From an uncultured Planctomycetota bacterium (GTDB lineage: Bacteria > Planctomycetota > PLA2 > JAEUHO01), in assembly GCA_963752285.1 (NCBI GenBank), contig CAVVXN010000002.1:64001-128000 (forward strand): 64,000 nt of DNA. The letters run 5' to 3'. Under the pieces are notes generated by a model. That model saw only the letters and a program-made list of their open reading frames with translations. It had not been told where the DNA came from and searched no databases. A program made the position numbers and the translations under genes. Positions 38,793 to 48,647 of the stretch are shown piece by piece (position 1 is the first letter of the stretch; the number at the start of each line of letters is the position of its first letter).

Positions 38793-41330
38793 ATGTCCTT
38801 CGAGCCTTCGCCGACCGGGGCGTCCCGGGCGGTTGCGGGCGCGGTCTGTTCGGCCGGCTCCCCGAGCCTGGCCGCGGCGTCCCCTTCGGCGCCCGACGCC
38901 GCTTCGCCGACCCCGCTCCCTTGCCACACCTCCCCCTACTTCGAAGCCGGGCTCCTCGGGGGGCTCGCCGCGGCCGAGATCCGCGAGCGGCTGGCCGGGA
39001 ACCGCCGCACGACCGACCTCGGCCACCGCCGGGACGCCTGGTACCTCGCCGAGGTGCACACCCGCCGCCTCTACGAGGACACCGGCCACCGAAGCACCGT
39101 CGAGTTCGCGGGCGACGTGCTGCGGCTCGACCGCCGCCGCACGCGCGAGCTCGTTCGGGTGGGCAAGCGGCTGCTCGAGCTTCCCCTCGTGGACCTCGCG
39201 TTCCTCCGCCGGGAGATCTCCTGGTCGCACGTGCTGGCGCTCGTGCGCGTCGTCGTGCCCGAGACGCAGTCGGACTGGCTCCTCTACGCGATGACGGAGC
39301 CGGTGCGCGACCTGGACCTCCAGACGCGACTCGCGCGCCCGGGCGACCGTCCGCGGCGCCCCGGCCAGTCCAAGGGAACGCCGGAGGTGCGCTTCCCGTT
39401 TCGGGTCAGCGTATCGAGCCTGCTCCAGCGGAAGATCGAGGACGTGCAGCAGGTGCTCTCGAAGGAGCGGGGCGTTTCGCTCGGGCTCGCTCAGGTGCTC
39501 GAGATGCTCTGCGACGTGGCCCTCGCCACCCCGTCCGACCCCGCGGACCCCAAGGTCGAGACGCGCGTGGACCGCAGCCGCTACACGCTCGTCGTCCACG
39601 ATCGCGGCGGCGACGGCGGTCTGACGGTCAAGACCCGCCATGGCGAGGTGCCGATCGACGGAGCGGGCCGGGAGGACCCGCTCGTCGCGCGCGTCCGGAG
39701 CGAGATGATCCGCTGCGACGCTCGCTGCCTCAAGTGCGACGGCCATGGCGGCGTCGAGGAGCACGTGAAGACGCCGCCGCACCTGCGCGCGAGGGTGCTC
39801 CGGCGGGACGGACATCGCTGCGTCTGCTGCGGCCGCGCCCAGGGGCTGATGGTGCACCACATCCGGTGGCGGAGTCGCGGGGGCCTGACGAACGCCCGAG
39901 GCCTCGTGACGTTGTGTGAATGGTGCCACGCGCTCGTGCACGCGGCGCTCCTCGTGTGCGTGGGCGAGCACGCCAGCAGGATCGAGTTCCAGGACCGCTT
40001 CGGGAGGCGGCTCGGCGGAGGCAAACGACGAAAGCGGGTGGCGGCCTCGGTGATCGCCGAGCTCCTGGCGCAGGTGCCCGTGCTGGCCGGGAGCACGGGC
40101 GGAAGCGTCGAGGAGCCTTCCTTCTCGTTCGACGACTTCCCGGACGCCGTCGATGCCGGGACGTGGCGCCGCCACGCGCATCTCGTCGAATTCGAGGGCG
40201 GCGCGATGCGGCTTCGCCCCGGGCGGCCGCTCGACGTGGAGACTCCGTCGGCGCGTGCGCGGCCCGAGCCGCAGCCGGCGAAGGCCGCGTTCGAGAAGGT
40301 CCTCGGCCGCGAGGCGCTGGTGTACCGCTTCGACGTGACCGCGAGGGCTCGGCGCCTTCGGGGGGAGCCCTTCCCGCACGTGCTCCTCAGCGGCGCGCCC
40401 GGGATGGGCAAGACGTCGATCGCGCGCGGGCTCGCGGCGATGCTCGGCGGGCGGCTCCACGACATCGTCGGTCCGCTCCTCTTCGACAAGGTGACCCTGC
40501 TCCGCCAGCTCCTCGAGATGGAGGACGGGGACGTGCTCTTCCTCGACGAGGTGCACGGGGTTCCCCGACCGGTGCTCGAGGTGCTCTACCGGGCGATGGA
40601 GAGCGGGGAGATCAGCCTTCCGCTCCGGGCCGGGGCGCGCCAGAAGATGGTGCGGTTCGTGCTGCCTCGCGTGACGCTCCTGGCCGCCACGACCGAGCCG
40701 GGGACCCTACCGGGCGCGTTCACGAGCCGCTTCGGCTTCGTGGAGCACCTGGTCCCCTACGGGCGCGAGGATCTGGCGCGGATCGCGGCGGCGCGGGCGA
40801 AGAAGGCCGGGCGCCCGGTGGCGCCCGAGGCCGCGATGACGGTCGCGGAGGCGTCCACGGGGACGCCGCGCGACGCGCTCCGACGCATGGACCAGGTGCT
40901 CGACGAGGCGGCGCTTCACGACGTGCCCCGCGTCACGCGCGCGTTCACCCAGGCGACCTTCGAGCGGCTGGGCTGGTCGCCCGACGGGCTCTGGCCCCTC
41001 GAGCGCTCCTACCTCGACCTCGTGCCCGCGGGCGGGCAGGCGGTCTCGCTCGGACGGATCGCGGGGGCGCTGGGGCTCGACGTGAAGGCGGTCGCGTGGG
41101 ACGTGGAGCCGCGGCTCGTCCGGCGGGACTTCGTCCGTGTGACGCCGAGGGGGCGGGTGCGGGGCGCCGCGGGGCGGGCCCGACGACGCTCTTTGGCGAC
41201 GGCCGCCGGCGCGAGCCCCGCCGGACGGCTGACGACGCGCCGGACGTCCGGCGCCGGTGCGCCCGGCGTCCGGCGGGGCCTTCGGGCTCCACGGCGCCCT
41301 CCCCGAGCGGATTCTCGAGGCCTCGCGTGA
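38793..41330 (+). CDS. DUF222-like / HNH endonuclease / RuvB-like AAA+ ATPase fusion
   Basis: HNH: RDGHRCVCC...VHHI...GGLTN...LVTLCEWCHALVH. RuvB-like: HVLLSGAPGMGKT, VLFLDEVH, AATT, SRFG, GTPR, VEPRL...TPRGR. All are in one frame. Confidence 0.85.
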   Translation: MSFEPSPTGASRAVAGAVCSAGSPSLAAASPSAPDAASPTPLPCHTSPYFEAGLLGGLAAAEIRERLAGNRRTTDLGHRRDAWYLAEVHTRRLYEDTGHRSTVEFAGDVLRLDRRRTRELVRVGKRLLELPLVDLAFLRREISWSHVLALVRVVVPETQSDWLLYAMTEPVRDLDLQTRLARPGDRPRRPGQSKGTPEVRFPFRVSVSSLLQRKIEDVQQVLSKERGVSLGLAQVLEMLCDVALATPSDPADPKVETRVDRSRYTLVVHDRGGDGGLTVKTRHGEVPIDGAGREDPLVARVRSEMIRCDARCLKCDGHGGVEEHVKTPPHLRARVLRRDGHRCVCCGRAQGLMVHHIRWRSRGGLTNARGLVTLCEWCHALVHAALLVCVGEHASRIEFQDRFGRRLGGGKRRKRVAASVIAELLAQVPVLAGSTGGSVEEPSFSFDDFPDAVDAGTWRRHAHLVEFEGGAMRLRPGRPLDVETPSARARPEPQPAKAAFEKVLGREALVYRFDVTARARRLRGEPFPHVLLSGAPGMGKTSIARGLAAMLGGRLHDIVGPLLFDKVTLLRQLLEMEDGDVLFLDEVHGVPRPVLEVLYRAMESGEISLPLRAGARQKMVRFVLPRVTLLAATTEPGTLPGAFTSRFGFVEHLVPYGREDLARIAAARAKKAGRPVAPEAAMTVAEASTGTPRDALRRMDQVLDEAALHDVPRVTRAFTQATFERLGWSPDGLWPLERSYLDLVPAGGQAVSLGRIAGALGLDVKAVAWDVEPRLVRRDFVRVTPRGRVRGAAGRARRRSLATAAGASPAGRLTTRRTSGAGAPGVRRGLRAPRRPPRADSRGLA

Positions 41331-41382
41331 GCGCCCGCGGGGGCGGTCCACGACCCGGGTTCCCGGGCATCGGCCTCGCGGG

Positions 41383-43950
41383 TCAACCCCGGAGCGTGGA
41401 CGGGCTTCGCGCCTCCGGTACGACGTGGTGCGGCACCGTCGCGACCGACTTCGGGTTCCCCGAGGTCGTCGCGTGCTCGGTCAGGACGCGGGTCAGCTCG
41501 TCGAGCGTGAAGGGCTTCTCGAGGACGTGGTTCCCGGTCTTCTTGACGGAGGTCATCACGTCCTCGTTCGCGTAGTCGCCCGTCATGAAGACCATCCGGC
41601 TCGCCTTCTCGGGGTCCTTCTCGGCGACGATCCGGTGCAGGTCGATGCCCGACGTGCCGGGCATCCGGATGTCCACGAGCAGCGCGTCGTAGTCGCCCTC
41701 CGAGAGCATCCGCATGGCCTCGGAGGCGTTCGACGTCGAGTCCACCCGGCAGCCGAGGCGGCCGAGCTGACCGACCAGCGCCTCGCGGACGTCCTTCTCG
41801 TCGTCCACGACGAGCACCCGGAGCGCCACGGACCCGCCCGTGGAGGGGAGGGGCGCCGCCGCGGCCGGCTCCTCGCCCGCCGGCAGGCGCGAGCGGGGGA
41901 GCTTCAGGACGAAGCGGGCGCCGCCGCGGACCGTGTCGTCGAGCAGGAGGTCGCCGCCGTGGTCCCTCGCGACCGAACGGGCGAGCGCGAGGCCGAGGCC
42001 GGTGCCCTGGTTCGCGCCCTTCGTGGTGAAGAACGGCTGGAAGATCTTCGCGCGGAGCCCCTCGGGGATGCCCGGGCCCGAGTCCTGGATCGTGGCGACC
42101 AGCGAGTCGGGGAGGGGGCGCATCTGGATCGTGATCTTGCGCTCGCCCTCGTGGTCCTTCAGCGCGTGGATCCCGTTCTGGACCAGGTTCACGAAGATCT
42201 GCTGGAGCGAGTGCTTGTCTCCGAGCACGGGCGGGAGGCCCTCGGGCGCGTCCATCTCGAGCTTCACGTTCGTGAGCCTCGCCTCGTAGGCGAAGAGCTC
42301 GAGGACGGTCTGGGCGACTTCCGGCAGCGCGAGGTGCGTGCGCTCGGGGTTTCTCTGCCGCGCGACCGAGAGGAGGTTCTTCACGATCCGGGTGGCGCGG
42401 ACGGCCTGCTCGCGGATCTTCCCGAGCGTCTGGCCGACCTTCGTCTCGTCCACGTGGTCCTTCAAGAGGTCCGCGTAGCCGATCAGGGCCGTCAACGGGT
42501 TGTTGAGCTCGTGGGCCACGCCCGCGAGCGTCTGGCCGACGAGCGTCATCTTCTCGGACTGGACGAGCCGGGCGCGGGCCATCTCCTCGTCGGTCACGTC
42601 GGAGAGGGTGACGAGCGTTCCGAGGCGCTGGGCGCCGTCGAGGATCCCGATCGCCGTGCAGGCGAGGTGGATCGGGCCCTCGTCCTCCGGGCCCGCGAGG
42701 AGCGCGCGGAACCGCCGCGACACGCCCGCGGGCGTCTCGGCGAGGTCGGCCAGGCGGTGCTCGCCGATCGCCTCGGGGAGCGGGACGTGCGTGCCCGGGC
42801 AACCGAGCGCGCGGCGCGCGGCGGGGTTCGCGAGGAGCACGCGACCGTCGGGGCCGAGGAGCAGCACGCCCTCGCGCATCTGGCGGAGCAGGAGCGAGGT
42901 CCGACGGTGCTCCTCGCTGCCCTGACGTTCGATCCGCTGCATCGCCTCGCCGACCCGGCGGGCGACGTCGGCCAGCACGCCGATCCGGCGCTCCTCGATG
43001 GCGCTCCGGCGGGGGTCCGCGATCACGAGCACGCCGCCCACGCGGCCGCCCGCGCGGATCGGCACCTCGACGAGCGTGCGGTACTCGAGCGCGTCGGGCA
43101 GGAGCCGGCTCCCGACGGAGCGCGCCTCGATCTTCGGGATCACCATGTGGTTCCCGTGCCGCGACATCGACTCCTGCAGGAACGAGCGGCGCCGCTCGGC
43201 GTGGTCGTCGGTGAGTCGGCCGTTCTCCTCCCAGAGCGCCACGCTCTCGGACTTCGTCTCGAGCGCGACCGCGCGCGCGCGGACCGCGAGGTGACAGCGG
43301 AGGTGTCGCACGATCGCCTCGGCGAGCTCGTGGAGCCCGCCGGAGGACGCGAGCGCCTGCGCGAAGGTGACGAGCTCGGCCGCCTCCGACTCCCGTTCGC
43401 GCATCTCCTTCTCGAGGCGGTCGTGGAAGAGCTTCCGGCTCTGCTCCTCGCGTACGAACCCCAGCACGCGGGCCGACTCGTAGCTCGCGGCGAGAAGGAG
43501 GATCACCTGGTAGACCAACAGCTCGAGGTCGGGGGCCTGATGCTGGAGCGTCGCGAACAGGGTCGTCGCGAGCCCCATCGACATCGCGCCCGCCATGGTG
43601 CCGAGCAGCGACGCGGTGACCGTCCCGCCGACCACGGCCACGAGCACCGCGACCGTGTATCCGGCGAGGAAGGCGGCTTGGGGCTGGAAGCCCTGATGGA
43701 GCCAGCATCCGGCCGCCCCGACCAGGAGCAGATCGCCGGCCAAGAGGAGGAGCGCCACGGGCGGGCTCGTGTGCCGTCGCCACGCGAGGAGCGTCCCGAG
43801 GAAGAAGAAGACGAGCTGCCCCGCGAGGATCGAGGAGAGGATCGTCTGATGCGTCATGCCGAGGCCCGCGCAACGCCAGGCGATCGCGAACGTCACGGCG
43901 AGGACGACGGCGCGGAGGAGGATCGCGCTGAGGAGTCGGGAGGGACGCAT
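41383..43950 (-). CDS. membrane hybrid sensor histidine kinase (TM-GAF-PAS-HisKA-HATPase-REC)
   Basis: AHELNNPL, NLVQNG, DSGPGI, FFTTK, GTGLGL, VLVVDDE, DIRMP and KPF motifs. Confidence 0.92.
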   Translation of the reverse strand: MRPSRLLSAILLRAVVLAVTFAIAWRCAGLGMTHQTILSSILAGQLVFFFLGTLLAWRRHTSPPVALLLLAGDLLLVGAAGCWLHQGFQPQAAFLAGYTVAVLVAVVGGTVTASLLGTMAGAMSMGLATTLFATLQHQAPDLELLVYQVILLLAASYESARVLGFVREEQSRKLFHDRLEKEMRERESEAAELVTFAQALASSGGLHELAEAIVRHLRCHLAVRARAVALETKSESVALWEENGRLTDDHAERRRSFLQESMSRHGNHMVIPKIEARSVGSRLLPDALEYRTLVEVPIRAGGRVGGVLVIADPRRSAIEERRIGVLADVARRVGEAMQRIERQGSEEHRRTSLLLRQMREGVLLLGPDGRVLLANPAARRALGCPGTHVPLPEAIGEHRLADLAETPAGVSRRFRALLAGPEDEGPIHLACTAIGILDGAQRLGTLVTLSDVTDEEMARARLVQSEKMTLVGQTLAGVAHELNNPLTALIGYADLLKDHVDETKVGQTLGKIREQAVRATRIVKNLLSVARQRNPERTHLALPEVAQTVLELFAYEARLTNVKLEMDAPEGLPPVLGDKHSLQQIFVNLVQNGIHALKDHEGERKITIQMRPLPDSLVATIQDSGPGIPEGLRAKIFQPFFTTKGANQGTGLGLALARSVARDHGGDLLLDDTVRGGARFVLKLPRSRLPAGEEPAAAAPLPSTGGSVALRVLVVDDEKDVREALVGQLGRLGCRVDSTSNASEAMRMLSEGDYDALLVDIRMPGTSGIDLHRIVAEKDPEKASRMVFMTGDYANEDVMTSVKKTGNHVLEKPFTLDELTRVLTEHATTSGNPKSVATVPHHVVPEARSPSTLRG

Positions 43951-44136
43951 GGGCTCTCGAAGGGGCGGCCCCCGGGGCGTGCCCCCGGAGTTCCGACCGC
44001 TCGACCTATCGACGCCCGACCGCGGGCGACTTGAGACGAGGCGAGGGGCTCCGAGGCCCGGAAAATGGGCCTGAGAGCGCGGTTTCCACCCGGGCGGGCG
44101 GCGCGGGTGTTCGCCGGCCCCTGGTAGAACCTCGCC

Positions 44137-45219
44137 GTGGCCCAGCGAACCGCCCTCCCGGAGCCCTCGGGCCACAAGGACGCCGTGTTCGGGCTGGCCG
44201 AGGAGGAGGGCCGGGTGCTCCTCCTTCGAAACCCGAGGTTCGTGGGCGGCACGCGTCGCTCGACCTGGGACCTCCCCGGCGGCACCGTGGAGCCCGGCGA
44301 GCGTCTCCAGGACGCCCTCGTCCGCGAGTGGCGCGAGGAGACGGGCCTCTCCTGTCGCCCGGGGCCGCTCCGGCTCGTGGTGGACGGCGTGAAGCGCCGG
44401 GCCGAGGGAGCCCCCCCGATCCGGACCTGGCGGGCCTTCCTCTTCTCGGTCGAGACCGCGGGCGACCCCGCGCCGGGGGCGGGGATCGACGAGGTCCGGT
44501 GGGTCCTTAGAGACGACGCCCTCGTGTGCCTCGAGGCGCCCTACCACGCGGCGCTTCGGGCCCACCTCCGAGGCGACGAGCGTCTCTACGCCCACGTCGA
44601 GTGGATCGACCCGATCCCCGAGGGCGTCCTCGAGGCGTCCCTCCCCGGCGTGCTCCTCCTCGGCCGGGTCGCCGCGACGGCGGCCGTCGGCGAGGCCGCG
44701 GCCCTCCTGGCGGCCGTGGACCGCGCGCTCGACGCCGGCGAAGCCCCCGTGCGCGTCGCCGAAGCCCTCCTCCAGGTCGTCCCGTACGCGGGGTTCCCGC
44801 GCGCGATCGCGGCGTTTCGGGTGGCGGCGTCGAAGCTCGCGGATGTACCGCGCGGGGTCCCCGCCGGGCCGCGGCCGAGCGGCCGCGAGGTCTTCGAGCA
44901 GGTCTACGGCGAGACCGCGGCGCGCGTCCGCGAGGGCCTGGAGCGGCTCGACCCGGCGCTCGCACGCTGGACCGAGGCCTTCGCGTACGGCGAGGTCCTC
45001 GCGAGACCGGGCCTCACGCTCCTCGAGCGCGAGATCCTCGCCGTCCAGATCCTGACGGCGATGGGCCACCTCGACGACCCGCTCCTCGGCCACCTGCGCG
45101 CCGCGCTGCGCCTCGGCGCGACGCCGCCCCTCCTCGCCGACGCGATCCGGCTCGCCACCGGGGCGAACGTGCCGGCAGGTCGCACGTCGCGGGCCCTGGC
45201 CCTCCTCGCCCGCGCTTGA
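44137..45219 (+). CDS. NUDIX hydrolase fused to a carboxymuconolactone-decarboxylase-like domain
   Basis: Nudix box PGGTVEPGE...REWREETG; CMD-like PYAGFPRA, FAYGEVLARPGL and HLRAALRLGAT. Confidence 0.8.
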   Translation: MAQRTALPEPSGHKDAVFGLAEEEGRVLLLRNPRFVGGTRRSTWDLPGGTVEPGERLQDALVREWREETGLSCRPGPLRLVVDGVKRRAEGAPPIRTWRAFLFSVETAGDPAPGAGIDEVRWVLRDDALVCLEAPYHAALRAHLRGDERLYAHVEWIDPIPEGVLEASLPGVLLLGRVAATAAVGEAAALLAAVDRALDAGEAPVRVAEALLQVVPYAGFPRAIAAFRVAASKLADVPRGVPAGPRPSGREVFEQVYGETAARVREGLERLDPALARWTEAFAYGEVLARPGLTLLEREILAVQILTAMGHLDDPLLGHLRAALRLGATPPLLADAIRLATGANVPAGRTSRALALLARA

Positions 45220-45673
45220 GCTCGAGGCCGCGGCGGCCGGGGAGCCTCGGTCCGGCCGTGCGAGGCCGTTCGCAGCCGCGCCGACGCGGGGCGAAGATCT
45301 CGCGGCCCCTCCAACGAGATGGGAATCCGTGCCTCGGCTGGGCGGGGCTGGCGAGGTACACCCGCCTGCGGGAGACGAGGACGAGGTCACTCGCCCTAGT
45401 GGGTCCTTCAGCGTTCTGCCCCAGCCGGTCCCCACGCCTGTTCGTTGCACCCACGCGATCGGTACATGGGGTGGGAGGTCCCGGGCGCGTCGTGTTCACC
45501 AGATTGGACGTCGGGTGGCACGCGGGCCGCTTCTGCTGGGCCCTCCGTCCCGTCCCCGAGCCGAGTGTGGAATTTTGTCCCAAGCCCGTGGTCCTGGCGG
45601 CCACTAGAGCAGCGAGGGCCGCTGGTGCCATCGCACCGGCACGGGCCCAATCCTCCGGGAGGAATCGGCCGAG

Positions 45674-46375
45674 ATGAAGACGTTCCCGCTGCGCTTGTCG
45701 ATCGGACTGCTGGCCACGCTCGGTGCGATGACCGCCTGGGCGGGTCACGCCCGCGCGGACTCCATCGACTGGCGGTCCGGGGTTCTTCCTTCGGCCGCGA
45801 GCGGGGACACAGTCGACGACGACGGGTACAGCTTCGGCAACGTGAACTTCGCGAACTCGATCAACGACGACCTCAAGGGAACGTCCCTCACCTTCACGTT
45901 CACCGGGGGCACGCTGACCGTCACGGCGTTCACGGGCGACGGGAGCTCGCCGAGCCAGGCCTACTACGACCGGAACACCATCACCCGGGGCATGGGTGTG
46001 CAGGCGTCGGGTTTCGGTGGGGACAACGAGCAGATCGACGTCAACGGCGACGACCTGCTCCGGCTCAGCTTCAGCACCCAGGTCGAGGTGACCGAGGTCT
46101 ACTTCGTGAACCGCGATCACGGGACCGGGTTCACGGGGGGCTACTCGGGAGACTACGACATCAACGGGACGACCGGGGATCTCGCCGCGTCCGTGTCGTT
46201 CGCCCCTGGCACGCTGGTCGGGTCCGTGTTCGACTTCACGGCGCCGAACCAGGACTACTACGTGGGCAAGATCGTGTTCAGCGTCGTCCCGGTGCCGGAG
46301 CCCGGCACGCTCGCGCTGCTCGGCCTCGGCATCGTCGGTCTCGGCGTCCGTCGCCGCAGGGCGCGCCGGGCCTAG
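45674..46375 (+). CDS. PEP-CTERM surface protein
   Basis: Signal peptide ending ARA-D and VPEPGTLALLGLG-RRRR tail. Confidence 0.88.
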   Translation: MKTFPLRLSIGLLATLGAMTAWAGHARADSIDWRSGVLPSAASGDTVDDDGYSFGNVNFANSINDDLKGTSLTFTFTGGTLTVTAFTGDGSSPSQAYYDRNTITRGMGVQASGFGGDNEQIDVNGDDLLRLSFSTQVEVTEVYFVNRDHGTGFTGGYSGDYDINGTTGDLAASVSFAPGTLVGSVFDFTAPNQDYYVGKIVFSVVPVPEPGTLALLGLGIVGLGVRRRRARRA

Positions 46376-46559
46376 CGCGCCTCGGCCCCGGAGCACGGAG
46401 GGGCGCCGGACCGAGCGGTCCGTTCTCGCCTCCGCTGTCTTTCCGAGCCGGGATGCTCACCTCCAGGCGCGCGGGATGCCCGGGGGGTCGGGCGGCGCCA
46501 GGATCTCCGGGTCGCCGCGCTCCCACAGCCTCTCGATGTCCTCCACAGGGAAGGTGAGG

Positions 46560-46656
46560 AGCGCGAGACCCTCCCCGCGGTCCGGTGGTGCTTGCGGCGA
46601 TGCGCCGTCGGGGTCACCACGCGCCCCGTGCCGTCGATGGTGATGATCTCCGCCAC
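46560..46656 (-). pseudogene. possible AbrB/MazE-like remnant
   Basis: AEIITIDGTGRVVTP resembles the AbrB IDxxGRxxxP motif; short and degraded. Confidence 0.3.
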
Positions 46657-46867
46657 ATCGAAGATGGTGCATACCAGGCGAAGCGTGGCGATCACCGGCG
46701 GTCCAGGATCGGGACGCACACTCTGCGGACTGGGCGGACGAGATCCGACCTAGGAGTACGGCCGGTCCTCCGGTGACGCCGTCGCGGGCCGGGGTCGTCG
46801 GCAGGGCGGCCCGTCGGACGAACGAGCCGCGTGCCTCTCGGTCGGCCGGAGCCCGTGGGAGCGCAGG

Positions 46868-47620
46868 ATGAGGTGGAGCGGAGGGATTCTCGGGCGGCCG
46901 CCGCGGGTGGCGGTGATGGGGGCCCCGCGCTCGGGCACCAACTTCGTCCGGTACCTCCTCGAGCGGAACTACAGGTGTCGCGTCCTCTACCACAGCTACG
47001 GATGGAAGCACGCCCCCGTACCGATCTTCGACGCCCATGCTCCGGTTCGCTATCCGCGCCTGCCCATCGTCTACGTCTCCAAGAACCCGCTCTCCTTTGC
47101 GGCCTCCCTGCACGCCTACTTCGTCGCCTCCGGGTTGAACATCCGCGCGGCCCCGGAGTGGACACACTTCCTGCGAGAACCCATCACTCTCTTCGACGCC
47201 TCGCTCGATCGGTCGCCGCAGATGCGCTTCGCGAATCCCGTCCAGTATTGGAACTTCGTCTACTGGAACCTGTCCACCCTGCCCGCCGCGCGGTTCTCGT
47301 GCCACGGCCTGCGGTACGAGGACGCACTGATCGACCCCGAAAGCGCCACGGCGCGCGTGGCGTCGCTCCTCGGCCTCGCCCGACTGTCTCGCCCGTTCGA
47401 CGTTCCGGCCTTCACCATGAGCCGCATGGGGGAAGGCAGGGCCCGAGGCGGAAACCCCTACGAGACGGAACGACCCTTCGACCGGGAGGCCCACACGAAG
47501 GCGCGCGCTCTCGACCGCTTCACGCCGGAGGACGTCGAGTTCGTCTCGTCCCAGGCCGACGCGGCCGTCGTGGAGCGGCTCGGCTATCCCCCCGATCTGG
47601 TCGGCGGGGCCGCGAGATAG
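46868..47620 (+). CDS. sulfotransferase-like protein
   Basis: PAPS-binding-loop-like GAPRSGTN, plus KNP and LRYED motifs. Confidence 0.7.
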   Translation: MRWSGGILGRPPRVAVMGAPRSGTNFVRYLLERNYRCRVLYHSYGWKHAPVPIFDAHAPVRYPRLPIVYVSKNPLSFAASLHAYFVASGLNIRAAPEWTHFLREPITLFDASLDRSPQMRFANPVQYWNFVYWNLSTLPAARFSCHGLRYEDALIDPESATARVASLLGLARLSRPFDVPAFTMSRMGEGRARGGNPYETERPFDREAHTKARALDRFTPEDVEFVSSQADAAVVERLGYPPDLVGGAAR

Positions 47621-48637
47621 GGGCGGACCGCCAGCCACAGCGCGCGGGCGGGGCCGTCCACGATCAGGACGCACTCCTTGTAGAGGCTCCAGCCGAGGAG
47701 GCATTGGCCTTCGTTCGTTCCGACGCGGAGGTCCTGGAAGCGCGTGGTGCCGAGCGCGATCTCCTTCACGTGATGGAGCGAGCTCGTCGTACGCGCGGCC
47801 ACGTCGAGCGTGGTCGCCTCGCCGACCGGTTCGCCGCCCACCTCCGCGATCGCCTCGGGCGTGAGACGGGTCAGGTCGGCGCCCGTGTCGAGGAGCGCCG
47901 GGACCACGCGGCCGCTCGGAAGCTCGAGCTCGATCCGCGCGAGGGGGGGCTTCCCCACGAACGCGAGCTTCTCGAAGCGCGTGCCCTTCTCGTAGCGCCG
48001 GCCGAGCGCATCGAGGACGTCCTTCGACGCGAGGACCACGATCTCCCCCCGCGGACGGTCGAGGAGCAGGGCCTGCCGTGCGAAGACGTCCGCCGCGAGG
48101 ACGAGGTCGATCCCTTCGGCGACCTCCGGCGCCACGACGACCGACGAGAGGTCGGTCAGGTCGTGGGGGAGCGCCTGGACGCCCTCGACCGTCAGCCGGC
48201 CGGTCCCGGGCGCGGGGGCGCCGGTCGCTTCCCCCTTCGCCGCGTCGCCGAGGACGATCGGACCCAGCTCGACGACCTCGTCCGACCTCGTCACGGTCTT
48301 CCCGGCGCGCGTGAGCAGGACGGGCGCTCCAAGGCGGACCCGGGAAAGCCTCGCGCGGCGCACGAACGCGAGGTCCACGAGGGTCTGCTCCGCGCCGGTG
48401 TCGATCATCGCGAGCGCGGGAACGCCCCCGACCGTGACCCGCACGAGCGGCAAGGTCCCCGGGACGAGCGGCGCGCGGGCCTCGCCCTCGAGCGTCGCGG
48501 CGGTAGGCTCCGGGCGGAACCGGACCCCGTCCTTCCGCCCGCACGCGGCGAGGAGCGTCCCGAGGAGCGCGAGCGCCCACCCGGCCCGCGCGCGCGCGCT
48601 TTCGGGATCCCGCGATCGGTCGCGTGGGGTGTGCCAT
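47584..48637 (-). CDS. lipoprotein with two retropepsin-like aspartyl protease domains (start uncertain; possible frameshift near 48595)
   Basis: Lipobox LAAC and two DTGA motifs (MIDTGA, LLDTGA). Confidence 0.8.
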
Positions 48638-48647
48638 CCGGGGGCGC

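Noticed and set aside
38793..41330. Calling the gene housekeeping ruvB
   Set aside because: It has about 500 extra N-terminal residues including an HNH domain, and no ruvA or ruvC neighbours.
45516..45531. Sigma-54 promoter (TGGCAC...GC) upstream of the PEP-CTERM gene at 45674
   Set aside because: The GG-N10-GC spacing fits, but the -12 element is CCGC rather than TTGC, and I did not find the motif before the other PEP-CTERM genes checked.
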